Source: Eledone cirrhosa (lineage: Eukaryota). Taken from it: 64,000 nt of DNA. The notes under the pieces were generated by a model that was not told the DNA's origin, did not search any database, and worked only from the letters and a program-made list of their open reading frames with translations. Of the stretch, positions 50,300 through 64,000 are shown in pieces. Location: contig OZ024742.1 of assembly GCA_964016885.1 (NCBI GenBank), forward strand, positions 289,974,001-290,038,000, given 5' to 3'. The translations under genes and the position numbers were made by a program. Numbering within the stretch: position 1 is the stretch's first letter; the number at the start of each line of letters is the position of its first letter.

Positions 50300-53200
50300 A
50301 AATACATAATAAGTCAATACATAGAAAAAACAGAATATAGAGATTTAATTTTAAAAGAACTGAGAAAGAATTATAGAAAGGCCCTATCTGATGATCTAAT
50401 AGACATCAATAATAATGCGTTTAAAATAATAGCCAATCTTGGAATTGAAAGAAAGACCGAACCTTTTATACCTAGACAGCCGAGGATAAATTTTAAGGAT
50501 CACAAGAGAAATTTTGAAGAAGACTTGCCGGTTAGACTGATAGTTCCATCTAAGTCTGATATTGGAGTAATCAGTAAAAATATTATTGATAGAATTTTAC
50601 CAACATTGAAATTGAAGTAATTTACTGGTTTAAAAAATAGAAAATAAGAAAAGTCACAAATTTATTCAAATGGACATAGCAAGTTACTACTCATCTATTA
50701 CACCTAACCTCTTGAATAAGGCTTTGTCTTATGCTTATAAACATACAGATCTAACTAGCGAGGAGATTAATATCATATTAACGGCTAGAAGAACCTTAAT
50801 TAATTTTAATAATGAGTTTTTGGACCCGCTCGGATAGGAATAGAAATTTTGACATTACCATGGGGTCATTTGACTCTGCACAAATTACCAATCTTCTGGG
50901 AATTTTTATCCTCAATATGGTAAATAGAAAATTGCTGGAGATTACCGGTGGTTTATATAGGGATGATATTTTATTTACTGTAGTTAAGCATAGCAATACA
51001 GAACTAAATAGGGTTAAGAAAACAATAATAGAATTCTTTAAAAATTATGACCTCAAATTAGAAGTTGAAAGTAGCACTAAAGTAGTTAACTTCCTTGATG
51101 TCACCTTTAATTTAAATTCAAGATACCCCTTCCATAAGCCCAACGAAAACCTAAATTATGTTAACTATTACTCAAATCACCCTAAATCCGGGAAAAATGC
51201 AATAGTCAATAGTGTTCAAAAACGCTTAACTAGATTATCTGCTAATAAATCCATTTTTGATGAAAAAACTGGATATTATAATGAGGCATTACATAAGGCA
51301 GGATATAAAAATAATATTGAATATCTAGATAATACTAATTCGAATTATAAATTAGGTAAAAATACGAATAACATAAATAAAGCGGACTCTAAAAATTATT
51401 TAAATATAAATAAAAATGATAATGTCGTGAATAAATCTCGGAAAAAAATCAGAACCAAAGCAGTGATTTGGTATGCACCTCCTGCATCTTTAGCTATCAA
51501 AATACCCCTGGAAAATTTATTCTTTAAGGCTTTAGATAAATGTTTTCCCAGCACACATAAATATCATTCTATATTCAATAGACATACAATTAAGCTATCA
51601 TACTCAACAACTATGAATATGGCACAGAACATTGCAAAAATAAATAGTAGAATTCTTAATCATAACCAACAAACAATTAGGGATAATGGCAATATTAATA
51701 TTAACAATAATATTGATACTGTGAATAACATTAACTTAAGCACTCACAACAGAACACCTTCATCTATTAGCAATGATAACGTGTACAGTTTAAATTATAA
51801 TAATAACAGTAAATCGAAATGTAACTGTAGAAATAGATTGAATTGCCCTCTGCAAAATAATTGTCTTGATAAGAACCTAGTTTATAAATGTACCGTTAAA
51901 GCAAATAACATCACCTACAACTATATATGAACAACCTCATCGAGCTTTAAATTAAGACATTCGAATCACAAGCACTCTTTTTCGAATCCGGATAAGAAAT
52001 TCTCCACTTCTTTATCACAACTAATATGGTCCTTGAAAGACAAAAATTTAGAGTACTCAATATTTTGGTCAAAACTCTGTAATAGCCAAGTCTACACTAA
52101 TTCATGCGTATCACCTAATTGCAATCTTTGTGATATGGAGACCCTATTAGTAATTACTAATTATGATATAAGTTAATTAACAAAAAAAGTGAATTATTCT
52201 CAAATTGCTTGCACAAAGCTACATCTACATTCCAAGCTTCACAAAAAATCAGGAAAAAACATTGAATAAATGTGAAATGATTTAGACGTTTATTAATAAC
52301 TCTGAGTGTGAAACAATATTGTCTCAGATTAAAAATTCTTGTAATGCTATTATTATTTATATTATTATTAATATTAGATTAAGGGTTTCTACCTTAACGT
52401 TGAAAGTGTTAACCTGATCTCTTGTTGAGTACGTATGACCTTTACATTGTTTAAATACATTTAATTTTGGTTTTCGTATTTTCTAAATCTTATATCTTAT
52501 ATATTTGATACCTTTAATGTATTCAGGCTTGTAAACCATTTAATTACTATGAAAGGTTATTTACGATTCATGAGGATATGATTATACATTTATAGTATAA
52601 AAGTCTCCTTAGATCCAAGTTGATAATTTTTTTTTTTTGTATACTTAAATTGATGAAAATTTTTTAAATACAGTAAAATATAGTTGAATTAAATTTATAA
52701 CAGAAATTATACTACATATAAGTGAATAATATCGTCTTAAACCTTAAAATTCATAGTCTATATATAAATTATATAAATGTGTATATCTAGATAAATCTGG
52801 TTTAATAATATCTTATTAGATACATTTATAATGCTTTATGATTTATTAATAACATTTTAATTTTAAGGTTTTTTTTACTAATATATTGATTATATTCTTG
52901 ATTTGAATATACTTTTAAATATTCTTGTGAATACATTTGGAGTTATGATGGACATAAATGTATCTCTTTCACGTTACATTTGCTTGAACTCAGATATAAT
53001 ACAATAACATAAATCCTTTAAAATTTTATAGTCAAAAATCTTAGGTCATTTGATTAATTGACTATTTTCAATTAATTTAGGATTTGAAAATAAAGGGTCA
53101 CGCATTATTCTTTCCCCCTATCTAATTATACGCTATTTACTACTTTTATATTTATTCTTTTTTCTTTCCTTCTTCTTTCTCCAGCCTCACTTTCATTATA

Positions 53201-53345
53201 TTATATTTTTGTTTTTAAAATCCACTGTCAATAAATACACCAGGATTTTTTCATTCTGATGACTGAAAGCAAATTTGTTTGCTTTCAAGAAACCACTGGT
53301 GAATGAAATAATTATCTTATGTTGTTTATTTCGTAACTATAATAT
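50300..53345 (+). mobile_element. Penelope-like element 2 (RT, CxCx5C linker, GIY-YIG) pseudogene with HHR-bearing 3' end
   Basis: FKDHK, VRLIVPSKSDIG, MDIASYYSSI, TMGSFDSAQ, GGLYRDD, NFLDV; CNCRNRLNCPL; LVYKC...YI*; coding remnants end near 52265; 5' limit uncertain. Confidence 0.9.
53249..53308 (+). ncRNA. Type I hammerhead motif at PLE 2 3' end (GUG triplet, probably inactivated)
   Basis: tttcatt-CTGATGA-c tgaaagcaaa tttg tttgctttca a-GAAAC cactg GTG-aatgaaa; the paralog at 32446-32497 has GTA. Confidence 0.75.
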
Positions 53346-53399
53346 ATATACATATACATATATAATATATATATTTATATAATATATATATATATATCT

Positions 53400-53560
53400 A
53401 TCTAAGGCGGGTAAAATTCCCGAGATCCATGGACGAGTTCTCTCCAGCGGTCTCTGTCCCTCATTATCGCTGCCATATCCTGCATCTCCAACAGACCAGT
53501 GTCTGTCCTTAGGGCATCAACATATGTTAACCTTGGTCTTCCTCTTCTAGTGTGTCCATA
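53400..53560 (-). mobile_element. Short RTE LINE 3' end
   Basis: GHTRRGRPRLTYVDALRTDTG...MRDRDRWRELV on the minus strand. Confidence 0.65.
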
Positions 53561-53729
53561 TATTATATATTTATTAAAAAGATCCCGTTAAGGGTGAAAG
53601 CAGTGATTCTTTGCTTAAACTTTAATCTGTTATTTTAATAAATATTTGCTCTACGATTCTTGTATATTTGATATATATTTTTCCTTATCGAGCCCTCTTT
53701 GGATTTTAGTCTTCAAATTTATTATTATT

Positions 53730-54470
<741 letters not shown>

Positions 54471-54471
54471 A

Positions 54472-55269
54472 CTAGCAGTAAAGCCCGGCGTTGCTCGGGG
54501 TCGCTCAGTAGCTGTGTTAAAGTTACAATGTTAAGTTTCTTTCTTGGCTTAAAAACTGTAGTGTCTACTGTGCAGACTTGCATGTGGTGTTTTTGATTAA
54601 TATTCCCTCAACCAACAATATGCCTTATGAAGTTAAGAAAACATAACGATAACCCGAATGTTATAACAAAAGAGGATGCTGGGGATAGAAACTGCACTGG
54701 TTATTTATTAAGAAAGATCGAAAATGTAAACACTGCAACGCAGAGAAAAACATTAGCGTAACCAAATTATCAGTTATGTCTGTCTGCACGCCTATATCAC
54801 CTCTCTGCACGACTGTCTGTCTGCACGACTGTCTGTCTGCACGCCTAACGACGAAATATTTGCTTGTTTTACGTAGTCTTTAAATAGACTTGTTTTCAAG
54901 TAAAAATATTGTTTTAAAATGCTTTTAAATGGAAATGAAGCAAAACGGAAGTTTAGTGTTCGAACTGTTCGTGTATTGTGTTAATGTCATTTTAAACGCT
55001 GAGAAAGCCAGCGTAATTTTTTACGTAAGACGCTCAATGTAAACAGAACAAAGGGAAATAACTGATAACTTACGCTCAAAAATCGATACATTATATTCGA
55101 TTTCGTCACATAGGGTGGGTCAATTTGAAATTTTTTTTTTTCCGATGTCTTCGCTAGGGCTCAATGTACAAGTATAGCAATTTCGGTGCAATTCCGTGAG
55201 AGATTCTAAGAGGAGATGTGTGCCAAAAATCGATAGACAGACAGACAACCACAGTTTTATATATATAGA
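54472..55269 (-). mobile_element. Complete non-autonomous Helitron (798 bp)
   Basis: Minus strand: A|TCTATATATATAAAA...(GTCT)n at the 5' end; 3' hairpin cccgagcaacgccggg then CTAG|T; AT target without TSD. Confidence 0.88.
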
Positions 55270-55324
55270 TTATATATATATAATATATATATATATGTTA
55301 TATATATACATAATATATATGTAT

Positions 55325-57026
55325 ATAATATATATATATATACATAATAGAATGAAAAAATTTGAACAGGGACAAAACAAAGAGGCAGTACAACGAATGT
55401 TTATTAATTTCACGCTCTGGAGAGTGGGGTGTTGGTGGGGGACGACGTTTCGGGCATAAGCCCTTCCTCAGGTGAGAAGTGTGTGGGAACAGAGTTCAAA
55501 GGGTGTGTAGGGGAGTGGTGGAGAGACATATAGCGAAAGGAAACGGTGCGAATGAAAAAATAAAAAATAAAGATAAAAATAAAAATTAAAATAAAGCATG
55601 ATCAAAATACAAGGAATGAGATAAATTTAAAAATAAAGGCATGATCAAAATAAACTTAAATTAAAAGGGGGGTAAACAGGTGGTGGAAGGGTGTGGGGTG
55701 TGTAGGGGTGGTGGCGGGTGGAGTGGGGAGAGGGAGACGGGGTGTCCGAGCGGGGAGGGCTGAAGGTGGTGTGTGTGTGTAGGTGTGCGTGTGTGTGTGT
55801 GTGTGTATGTGAAAGTAAGGGTTGGGGGAAGAACGGGGTTGCATGTTCAGGAAGAGGTGTGTATGGGGGGGTTTGTGGGTCGGAGTGTCTGTGCGTGTGT
55901 GGATAGAGGGGTGGGGGGAGAGGAATCAGGAGGCTGAGGGTGTAAATATGTGGTGGAAAGCACGTGTGTGTGGGGTTTAAGCGTGTTGTGGGTGTAGGTG
56001 GCGTGTGGAGAAAAAATGTTTTTTTTGGGGGGGGGTGAGTTATAAAGGTGATTACGTAAGAGGATGGTTGAAAAGTTGGTAAATTCCGAAGATGTTTAGT
56101 GGATTGGTTGTTGGTCAATTTCTGCGTGTGGGTATTCCATGAAGCGATGGTCGGAAGAGGAGAGATGTGGGGTGCGCGCGCAACAGGAAGTGGTCAGCAG
56201 TGGGAGTGCTGTGGTCTGTTTGTGCTGGGAGGTGGTCAGAGGGCATAGCAGCAGTCGGTGGAATGGTAAAGGGGCGAGGATGGGTAGGTGTGAAAGTTGG
56301 AGTGAGGAGGGTGTGTGTGTGTGTATTAGTAGGGGTGTTAGTGGGATGAGTGAGTGTGGAGCGAGGGTGTGGGTGGAGCGGGGAGAGAAGGGTGTGTGTG
56401 GTTCTATGGAGGGAGTGTGGTGTACTGGTGTGTGTGTAGTTTGATGAAGAGGTGTTAGTGTGTGTTAGTATACGGGAGGTGGGGAGGGGTTGGATGCAGG
56501 TGTGAGTGGGGGTTAGTGGTGGTAGGGTGTGTAGAGTTGGTGGTGTACGAGGGTGTGTGGGTACGTGTGCGTGGGGTTGGGGGGTGTTAGTGATGTTAGT
56601 TGCGTGTGGGGTGGGTGGTGTAAGTGAGTGCGTGTGTTCGTGTGCTTGGGGTTAGGGGGTGTTAGTGAGGTTAGTTGCGGGGTGGTGGGATGGAGGTGTG
56701 GGGGTAAGAGGGGTGAGGGTTAGTGGTGGTAGTAGGGTGTGTGTTTAGTGTGAGCGCGTGTATATATGTGCCGGTGGGTGTGTGCGTGTGATAAGGAGGG
56801 GGGAGGAGGAGAAGAGGGGAGGGAAGGGATGTTAGTATGTTAGTTGAGGAAGGGTGGTCAGATGAGGGGTGGAGTGGAGGTGTTAGTATTGTTAGTTGTG
56901 GGGTGGGCGGTGAAAAGGAGGGGGTGTGTTAGTGGTGTTAGTGGGGGATAAGTGTGGGGGGAGGGGACGGTCGAAGGCTAAAGGAATAAGGGTGGGGAGT
57001 TCAGGCCGGGGGGGGGGTCTGTAAGA

Positions 57027-57030
<4 letters not shown>
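55325..57030 (-). mobile_element. C/A-rich element between (TA)n tracts ending in an HHR-like core and AATAAA; probable PLE-related 3' end
   Basis: Strong strand asymmetry; HHR core at 55441-55476 followed by aataaa; no convincing ORF. Confidence 0.5.
55441..55476 (-). ncRNA. Minimal hammerhead-like core
   Basis: CTGAGGA-a gggc ttat gccc-GAAACGTC; stem I only about 2 bp. Confidence 0.55.
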
Positions 57031-57089
<59 letters not shown>

Positions 57090-57130
57090 TATATAATGTA
57101 TATATATATATATATAATATATATATATAA

Positions 57131-60100
57131 TGAAACAAAATGAAAACGAAATTTCATTTCTCACTCTTAGTATGGCACTTACTTAAATGTAAGTATGCAT
57201 GTATACGTACATACATATATGTATACAGACGTGCAGTAGCATGCACATATATATATATATATATACATATATACATACATATGCATACAGGTACACATAC
57301 ATATATGCACGTATCAGTTTAGCGGCGCTAACGTCGCTTTGTTCGTTTGTAAACAAACTGAACAGCCTGAATTTATGCCATACGGTGTTAAGGCAACCAC
57401 GTCACCTTTTTGTTCAACACTGACACAGGAACGATGTACTAGTTTCAAGCTTGTTAGCTATCATCAGCACCGTTTACCCATCTGCCAGATAGTTGAACGT
57501 TCGAAAGTATATACTTTCCTTATGAAAATTAACGGCTGAGCAGCCTAATTTGCATATTGAGTGAGTTAAATCGGTCAGGCATACCGAAAACGATAAATTG
57601 AAACAAAATGAAAACGAAATTTCATTTCTCACTCTTAGTATGGCACTTACTTAAATGTAAGTATGCATGTATACGTACATACATATATGTATACAGACGT
57701 GCAGTAGCATGCACATATATATATATATATATACATATATACATACATATGCATACAGGTACACATACATATATGCACGTATCAGTTTAGCGGCGCTAAC
57801 GTCGCTTTGTTCGTTTGTAAACAAACTGAACAGCCTGAATTTATGCCATACGGTGTTAAGGCAACCACGTCACCTTTTTGTTCAACACTGACACAGGAAC
57901 GATGTACTAGTTTCAAGCTTGTTAGCTATCATCAGCACCGTTTACCCATCTGCCAGATAGTTGAACGTTCGAAAGTATATACTTTCCTTATGAAAATTAA
58001 CGGCTGAGCAGCCTAATTTGCATATTGAGTGAGTTAAATCGGTCAGGCATACCGAAAACGATAAATTGAAACAAAATGAAAACGAAATTTCATTTCTCAC
58101 TCTTAGTATGGCACTTACTTAAATGTAAGTATGCATGTATACGTACATACATATATGTATACAGACGTGCAGTAGCATGCACATATATATATATATATAT
58201 ACATATATACATACATATGCATACAGGTACACATACATATATGCACGTATCAGTTTAGCGGCGCTAACGTCGCTTTGTTCGTTTGTAAACAAACTGAACA
58301 GCCTGAATTTATGCCATACGGTGTTAAGGCAACCACGTCACCTTTTTGTTCAACACTGACACAGGAACGATGTACTAGTTTCAAGCTTGTTAGCTATCAT
58401 CAGCACCGTTTACCCATCTGCCAGATAGTTGAACGTTCGAAAGTATATACTTTCCTTATGAAAATTAACGGCTGAGCAGCCTAATTTGCATATTGAGTGA
58501 GTTAAATCGGTCAGGCATACCGAAAACGATAAATTGAAACAAAATGAAAACGAAATTTCATTTCTCACTCTTAGTATGGCACTTACTTAAATGTAAGTAT
58601 GCATGTATACGTACATACATATATGTATACAGACGTGCAGTAGCATGCACATATATATATATATATATACATATATACATACATATGCATACAGGTACAC
58701 ATACATATATGCACGTATCAGTTTAGCGGCGCTAACGTCGCTTTGTTCGTTTGTAAACAAACTGAACAGCCTGAATTTATGCCATACGGTGTTAAGGCAA
58801 CCACGTCACCTTTTTGTTCAACACTGACACAGGAACGATGTACTAGTTTCAAGCTTGTTAGCTATCATCAGCACCGTTTACCCATCTGCCAGATAGTTGA
58901 ACGTTCGAAAGTATATACTTTCCTTATGAAAATTAACGGCTGAGCAGCCTAATTTGCATATTGAGTGAGTTAAATCGGTCAGGCATACCGAAAACGATAA
59001 ATTGAAACAAAATGAAAACGAAATTTCATTTCTCACTCTTAGTATGGCACTTACTTAAATGTAAGTATGCATGTATACGTACATACATATATGTATACAG
59101 ACGTGCAGTAGCATGCACATATATATATATATATATACATATATACATACATATGCATACAGGTACACATACATATATGCACGTATCAGTTTAGCGGCGC
59201 TAACGTCGCTTTGTTCGTTTGTAAACAAACTGAACAGCCTGAATTTATGCCATACGGTGTTAAGGCAACCACGTCACCTTTTTGTTCAACACTGACACAG
59301 GAACGATGTACTAGTTTCAAGCTTGTTAGCTATCATCAGCACCGTTTACCCATCTGCCAGATAGTTGAACGTTCGAAAGTATATACTTTCCTTATGAAAA
59401 TTAACGGCTGAGCAGCCTAATTTGCATATTGAGTGAGTTAAATCGGTCAGGCATACCGAAAACGATAAATTGAAACAAAATGAAAACGAAATTTCATTTC
59501 TCACTCTTAGTATGGCACTTACTTAAATGTAAGTATGCATGTATACGTACATACATATATGTATACAGACGTGCAGTAGCATGCACATATATATATATAT
59601 ATATACATATATACATACATATGCATACAGGTACACATACATATATGCACGTATCAGTTTAGCGGCGCTAACGTCGCTTTGTTCGTTTGTAAACAAACTG
59701 AACAGCCTGAATTTATGCCATACGGTGTTAAGGCAACCACGTCACCTTTTTGTTCAACACTGACACAGGAACGATGTACTAGTTTCAAGCTTGTTAGCTA
59801 TCATCAGCACCGTTTACCCATCTGCCAGATAGTTGAACGTTCGAAAGTATATACTTTCCTTATGAAAATTAACGGCTGAGCAGCCTAATTTGCATATTGA
59901 GTGAGTTAAATCGGTCAGGCATACCGAAAACGATAAATTGAAACAAAATGAAAACGAAATTTCATTTCTCACTCTTAGTATGGCACTTACTTAAATGTAA
60001 GTATGCATGTATACGTACATACATATATGTATACAGACGTGCAGTAGCATGCACATATATATATATATATATACATATATACATACATATGCATACAGGT

Positions 60101-61706
60101 ACACATACATATATGCACGTATCAGTTTAGCGGCGCTAACGTCGCTTTGTTCGTTTGTAAACAAACTGAACAGCCTGAATTTATGCCATACGGTGTTAAG
60201 GCAACCACGTCACCTTTTTGTTCAACACTGACACAGGAACGATGTACTAGTTTCAAGCTTGTTAGCTATCATCAGCACCGTTTACCCATCTGCCAGATAG
60301 TTGAACGTTCGAAAGTATATACTTTCCTTATGAAAATTAACGGCTGAGCAGCCTAATTTGCATATTGAGTGAGTTAAATCGGTCAGGCATACCGAAAACG
60401 ATAAATTGAAACAAAATGAAAACGAAATTTCATTTCTCACTCTTAGTATGGCACTTACTTAAATGTAAGTATGCATGTATACGTACATACATATATGTAT
60501 ACAGACGTGCAGTAGCATGCACATATATATATATATATATACATATATACATACATATGCATACAGGTACACATACATATATGCACGTATCAGTTTAGCG
60601 GCGCTAACGTCGCTTTGTTCGTTTGTAAACAAACTGAACAGCCTGAATTTATGCCATACGGTGTTAAGGCAACCACGTCACCTTTTTGTTCAACACTGAC
60701 ACAGGAACGATGTACTAGTTTCAAGCTTGTTAGCTATCATCAGCACCGTTTACCCATCTGCCAGATAGTTGAACGTTCGAAAGTATATACTTTCCTTATG
60801 AAAATTAACGGCTGAGCAGCCTAATTTGCATATTGAGTGAGTTAAATCGGTCAGGCATACCGAAAACGATAAATTGAAACAAAATGAAAACGAAATTTCA
60901 TTTCTCACTCTTAGTATGGCACTTACTTAAATGTAAGTATGCATGTATACGTACATACATATATGTATACAGACGTGCAGTAGCATGCACATATATATAT
61001 ATATATATACATATATACATACATATGCATACAGGTACACATACATATATGCACGTATCAGTTTAGCGGCGCTAACGTCGCTTTGTTCGTTTGTAAACAA
61101 ACTGAACAGCCTGAATTTATGCCATACGGTGTTAAGGCAACCACGTCACCTTTTTGTTCAACACTGACACAGGAACGATGTACTAGTTTCAAGCTTGTTA
61201 GCTATCATCAGCACCGTTTACCCATCTGCCAGATAGTTGAACGTTCGAAAGTATATACTTTCCTTATGAAAATTAACGGCTGAGCAGCCTAATTTGCATA
61301 TTGAGTGAGTTAAATCGGTCAGGCATACCGAAAACGATAAATTGAAACAAAATGAAAACGAAATTTCATTTCTCACTCTTAGTATGGCACTTACTTAAAT
61401 GTAAGTATGCATGTATACGTACATACATATATGTATACAGACGTGCAGTAGCATGCACATATATATATATATATATACATATATACATACATATGCATAC
61501 AGGTACACATACATATATGCACGTATCAGTTTAGCGGCGCTAACGTCGCTTTGTTCGTTTGTAAACAAACTGAACAGCCTGAATTTATGCCATACGGTGT
61601 TAAGGCAACCACGTCACCTTTTTGTTCAACACTGACACAGGAACGATGTACTAGTTTCAAGCTTGTTAGCTATCATCAGCACCGTTTACCCATCTGCCAG
61701 ATAGTT
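57131..61706 (-). repeat. 468-bp tandem array, left arm (~9.8 units), one HHR per unit on the minus strand
   Basis: Units appear identical; HHRs start at 57430 + n x 468 (10 copies, last at 61642-61686). Confidence 0.96.
57430..57474 (-). ncRNA. Minimal type I hammerhead ribozyme (first of 10 minus-strand copies)
   Basis: aacggtg-CTGATGA-t agct aaca agct t-GAAAC ta GTA-catcgtt; stem III is the palindrome ACTAGT. Confidence 0.8.
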
Positions 61707-64000
61707 TGTTTACAAACGAACAAAGCGACGTTAGCGCCGCTAAACTGATACGTGCATATATGTATGTGTACCTGTATGCATATGTATGTATATATGTATA
61801 TATATATATATATATGTGCATGCTACTGCACGTCTGTATACATATATGTATGTACGTATACATGCATACTTACATTTAAGTAAGTGCCATACTAAGAGTG
61901 AGAAATGAAATTTCGTTTTCATTTTGTTTCAATTTATCGTTTTCGGTATGCCTGACCGATTTAACTCACTCAATATGCAAATTAGGCTGCTCAGCCGTTA
62001 ATTTTCATAAGGAAAGTATATACTTTCGAACGTTCAACTATCTGGCAGATGGGTAAACGGTGCTGATGATAGCTAACAAGCTTGAAACTAGTACATCGTT
62101 CCTGTGTCAGTGTTGAACAAAAAGGTGACGTGGTTGCCTTAACACCGTATGGCATAAATTCAGGCTGTTCAGTTTGTTTACAAACGAACAAAGCGACGTT
62201 AGCGCCGCTAAACTGATACGTGCATATATGTATGTGTACCTGTATGCATATGTATGTATATATGTATATATATATATATATATGTGCATGCTACTGCACG
62301 TCTGTATACATATATGTATGTACGTATACATGCATACTTACATTTAAGTAAGTGCCATACTAAGAGTGAGAAATGAAATTTCGTTTTCATTTTGTTTCAA
62401 TTTATCGTTTTCGGTATGCCTGACCGATTTAACTCACTCAATATGCAAATTAGGCTGCTCAGCCGTTAATTTTCATAAGGAAAGTATATACTTTCGAACG
62501 TTCAACTATCTGGCAGATGGGTAAACGGTGCTGATGATAGCTAACAAGCTTGAAACTAGTACATCGTTCCTGTGTCAGTGTTGAACAAAAAGGTGACGTG
62601 GTTGCCTTAACACCGTATGGCATAAATTCAGGCTGTTCAGTTTGTTTACAAACGAACAAAGCGACGTTAGCGCCGCTAAACTGATACGTGCATATATGTA
62701 TGTGTACCTGTATGCATATGTATGTATATATGTATATATATATATATATATGTGCATGCTACTGCACGTCTGTATACATATATGTATGTACGTATACATG
62801 CATACTTACATTTAAGTAAGTGCCATACTAAGAGTGAGAAATGAAATTTCGTTTTCATTTTGTTTCAATTTATCGTTTTCGGTATGCCTGACCGATTTAA
62901 CTCACTCAATATGCAAATTAGGCTGCTCAGCCGTTAATTTTCATAAGGAAAGTATATACTTTCGAACGTTCAACTATCTGGCAGATGGGTAAACGGTGCT
63001 GATGATAGCTAACAAGCTTGAAACTAGTACATCGTTCCTGTGTCAGTGTTGAACAAAAAGGTGACGTGGTTGCCTTAACACCGTATGGCATAAATTCAGG
63101 CTGTTCAGTTTGTTTACAAACAAACAAAGCGACGTTAGCGCCGCTAAACTGATACGTGCATATATGTATGTGTACCTGTATGCATATGTATGTATATATG
63201 TATATATATATATATATATGTGCATGCTACTGCACGTCTGTATACATATATGTATGTACGTATACATGCATACTTACATTTAAGTAAGTGCCATACTAAG
63301 AGTGAGAAATGAAATTTCGTTTTCATTTTGTTTCAATTTATCGTTTTCGGTATGCCTGACCGATTTAACTCACTCAATATGCAAATTAGGCTGCTCAGCC
63401 GTTAATTTTCATAAGGAAAGTATATACTTTCGAACGTTCAACTATCTGGCAGATGGGTAAACGGTGCTGATGATAGCTAACAAGCTTGAAACTAGTACAT
63501 CGTTCCTGTGTCAGTGTTGAACAAAAAGGTGACGTGGTTGCCTTAACACCGTATGGCATAAATTCAGGCTGTTCAGTTTGTTTACAAACGAACAAAGCGA
63601 CGTTAGCGCCGCTAAACTGATACGTGCATATATGTATGTGTACCTGTATGCATATGTATGTATATATGTATATATATATATATATATGTGCATGCTACTG
63701 CACGTCTGTATACATATATGTATGTACGTATACATGCATACTTACATTTAAGTAAGTGCCATACTAAGAGTGAGAAATGAAATTTCGTTTTCATTTTGTT
63801 TCAATTTATCGTTTTCGGTATGCCTGACCGATTTAACTCACTCAATATGCAAATTAGGCTGCTCAGCCGTTAATTTTCATAAGGAAAGTATATACTTTCG
63901 AACGTTCAACTATCTGGCAGATGGGTAAACGGTGCTGATGATAGCTAACAAGCTTGAAACTAGTACATCGTTCCTGTGTCAGTGTTGAACAAAAAGGTGA
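61703..64000 (+). repeat. 468-bp tandem array, inverted right arm (at least 4.9 units, runs off the window)
   Basis: Reverse complement of the left arm; one substitution seen at 63122; HHRs start at 62056, 62524, 62992, 63460 and 63928. Confidence 0.96.
62056..62100 (+). ncRNA. Minimal type I hammerhead ribozyme (first of 5 plus-strand copies)
   Basis: aacggtgCTGATGAtagctaacaagcttGAAACtaGTAcatcgtt. Confidence 0.8.

Noticed and set aside
55670-57020. Telomeric or interstitial TTAGGG array
   Set aside because: Only scattered ttagtg/ttaggg words with no tandem periodicity
57140-63794. Repeated 60-74 aa ORFs in each 468-bp unit
   Set aside because: Short, overlap in several frames, include microsatellite-derived YIYI, no recognisable domain; they are by-products of the repeat

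Overview
AT-rich, repeat-dense eukaryotic genomic DNA, probably from an octopus or other cephalopod (inferred from the SINE/RTE repeat families). The left 28 kb holds the last 13 coding exons of a ZER1 (zyg-11 family, CRL2 substrate receptor) gene on the + strand. Its introns are filled with tRNA-derived SINEs, RTE-type LINE fragments and minisatellites. The right 36 kb is gene-free and holds a decayed Helitron, a complete non-autonomous Helitron, two decayed Penelope-like elements (PLEs), RTE LINEs, a DD37D mariner-like remnant and long (TA)n tracts. The main unexplained signal is a cluster of at least 7 different sequence families carrying type I hammerhead ribozyme (HHR) motifs. Four are short non-coding direct repeats (319, 477, 480 and 627 bp units). 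One is a near-perfect 468-bp array with 15 HHRs and a central fold-back inversion. Most sit in or next to (TA)n, and most carry an inverted segment at their 5' end relative to HHR sense, as PLE 1 does. This looks like a PLE-mobilised retrozyme/HHR-satellite system. All RNA structures were read by eye and none has been tested.
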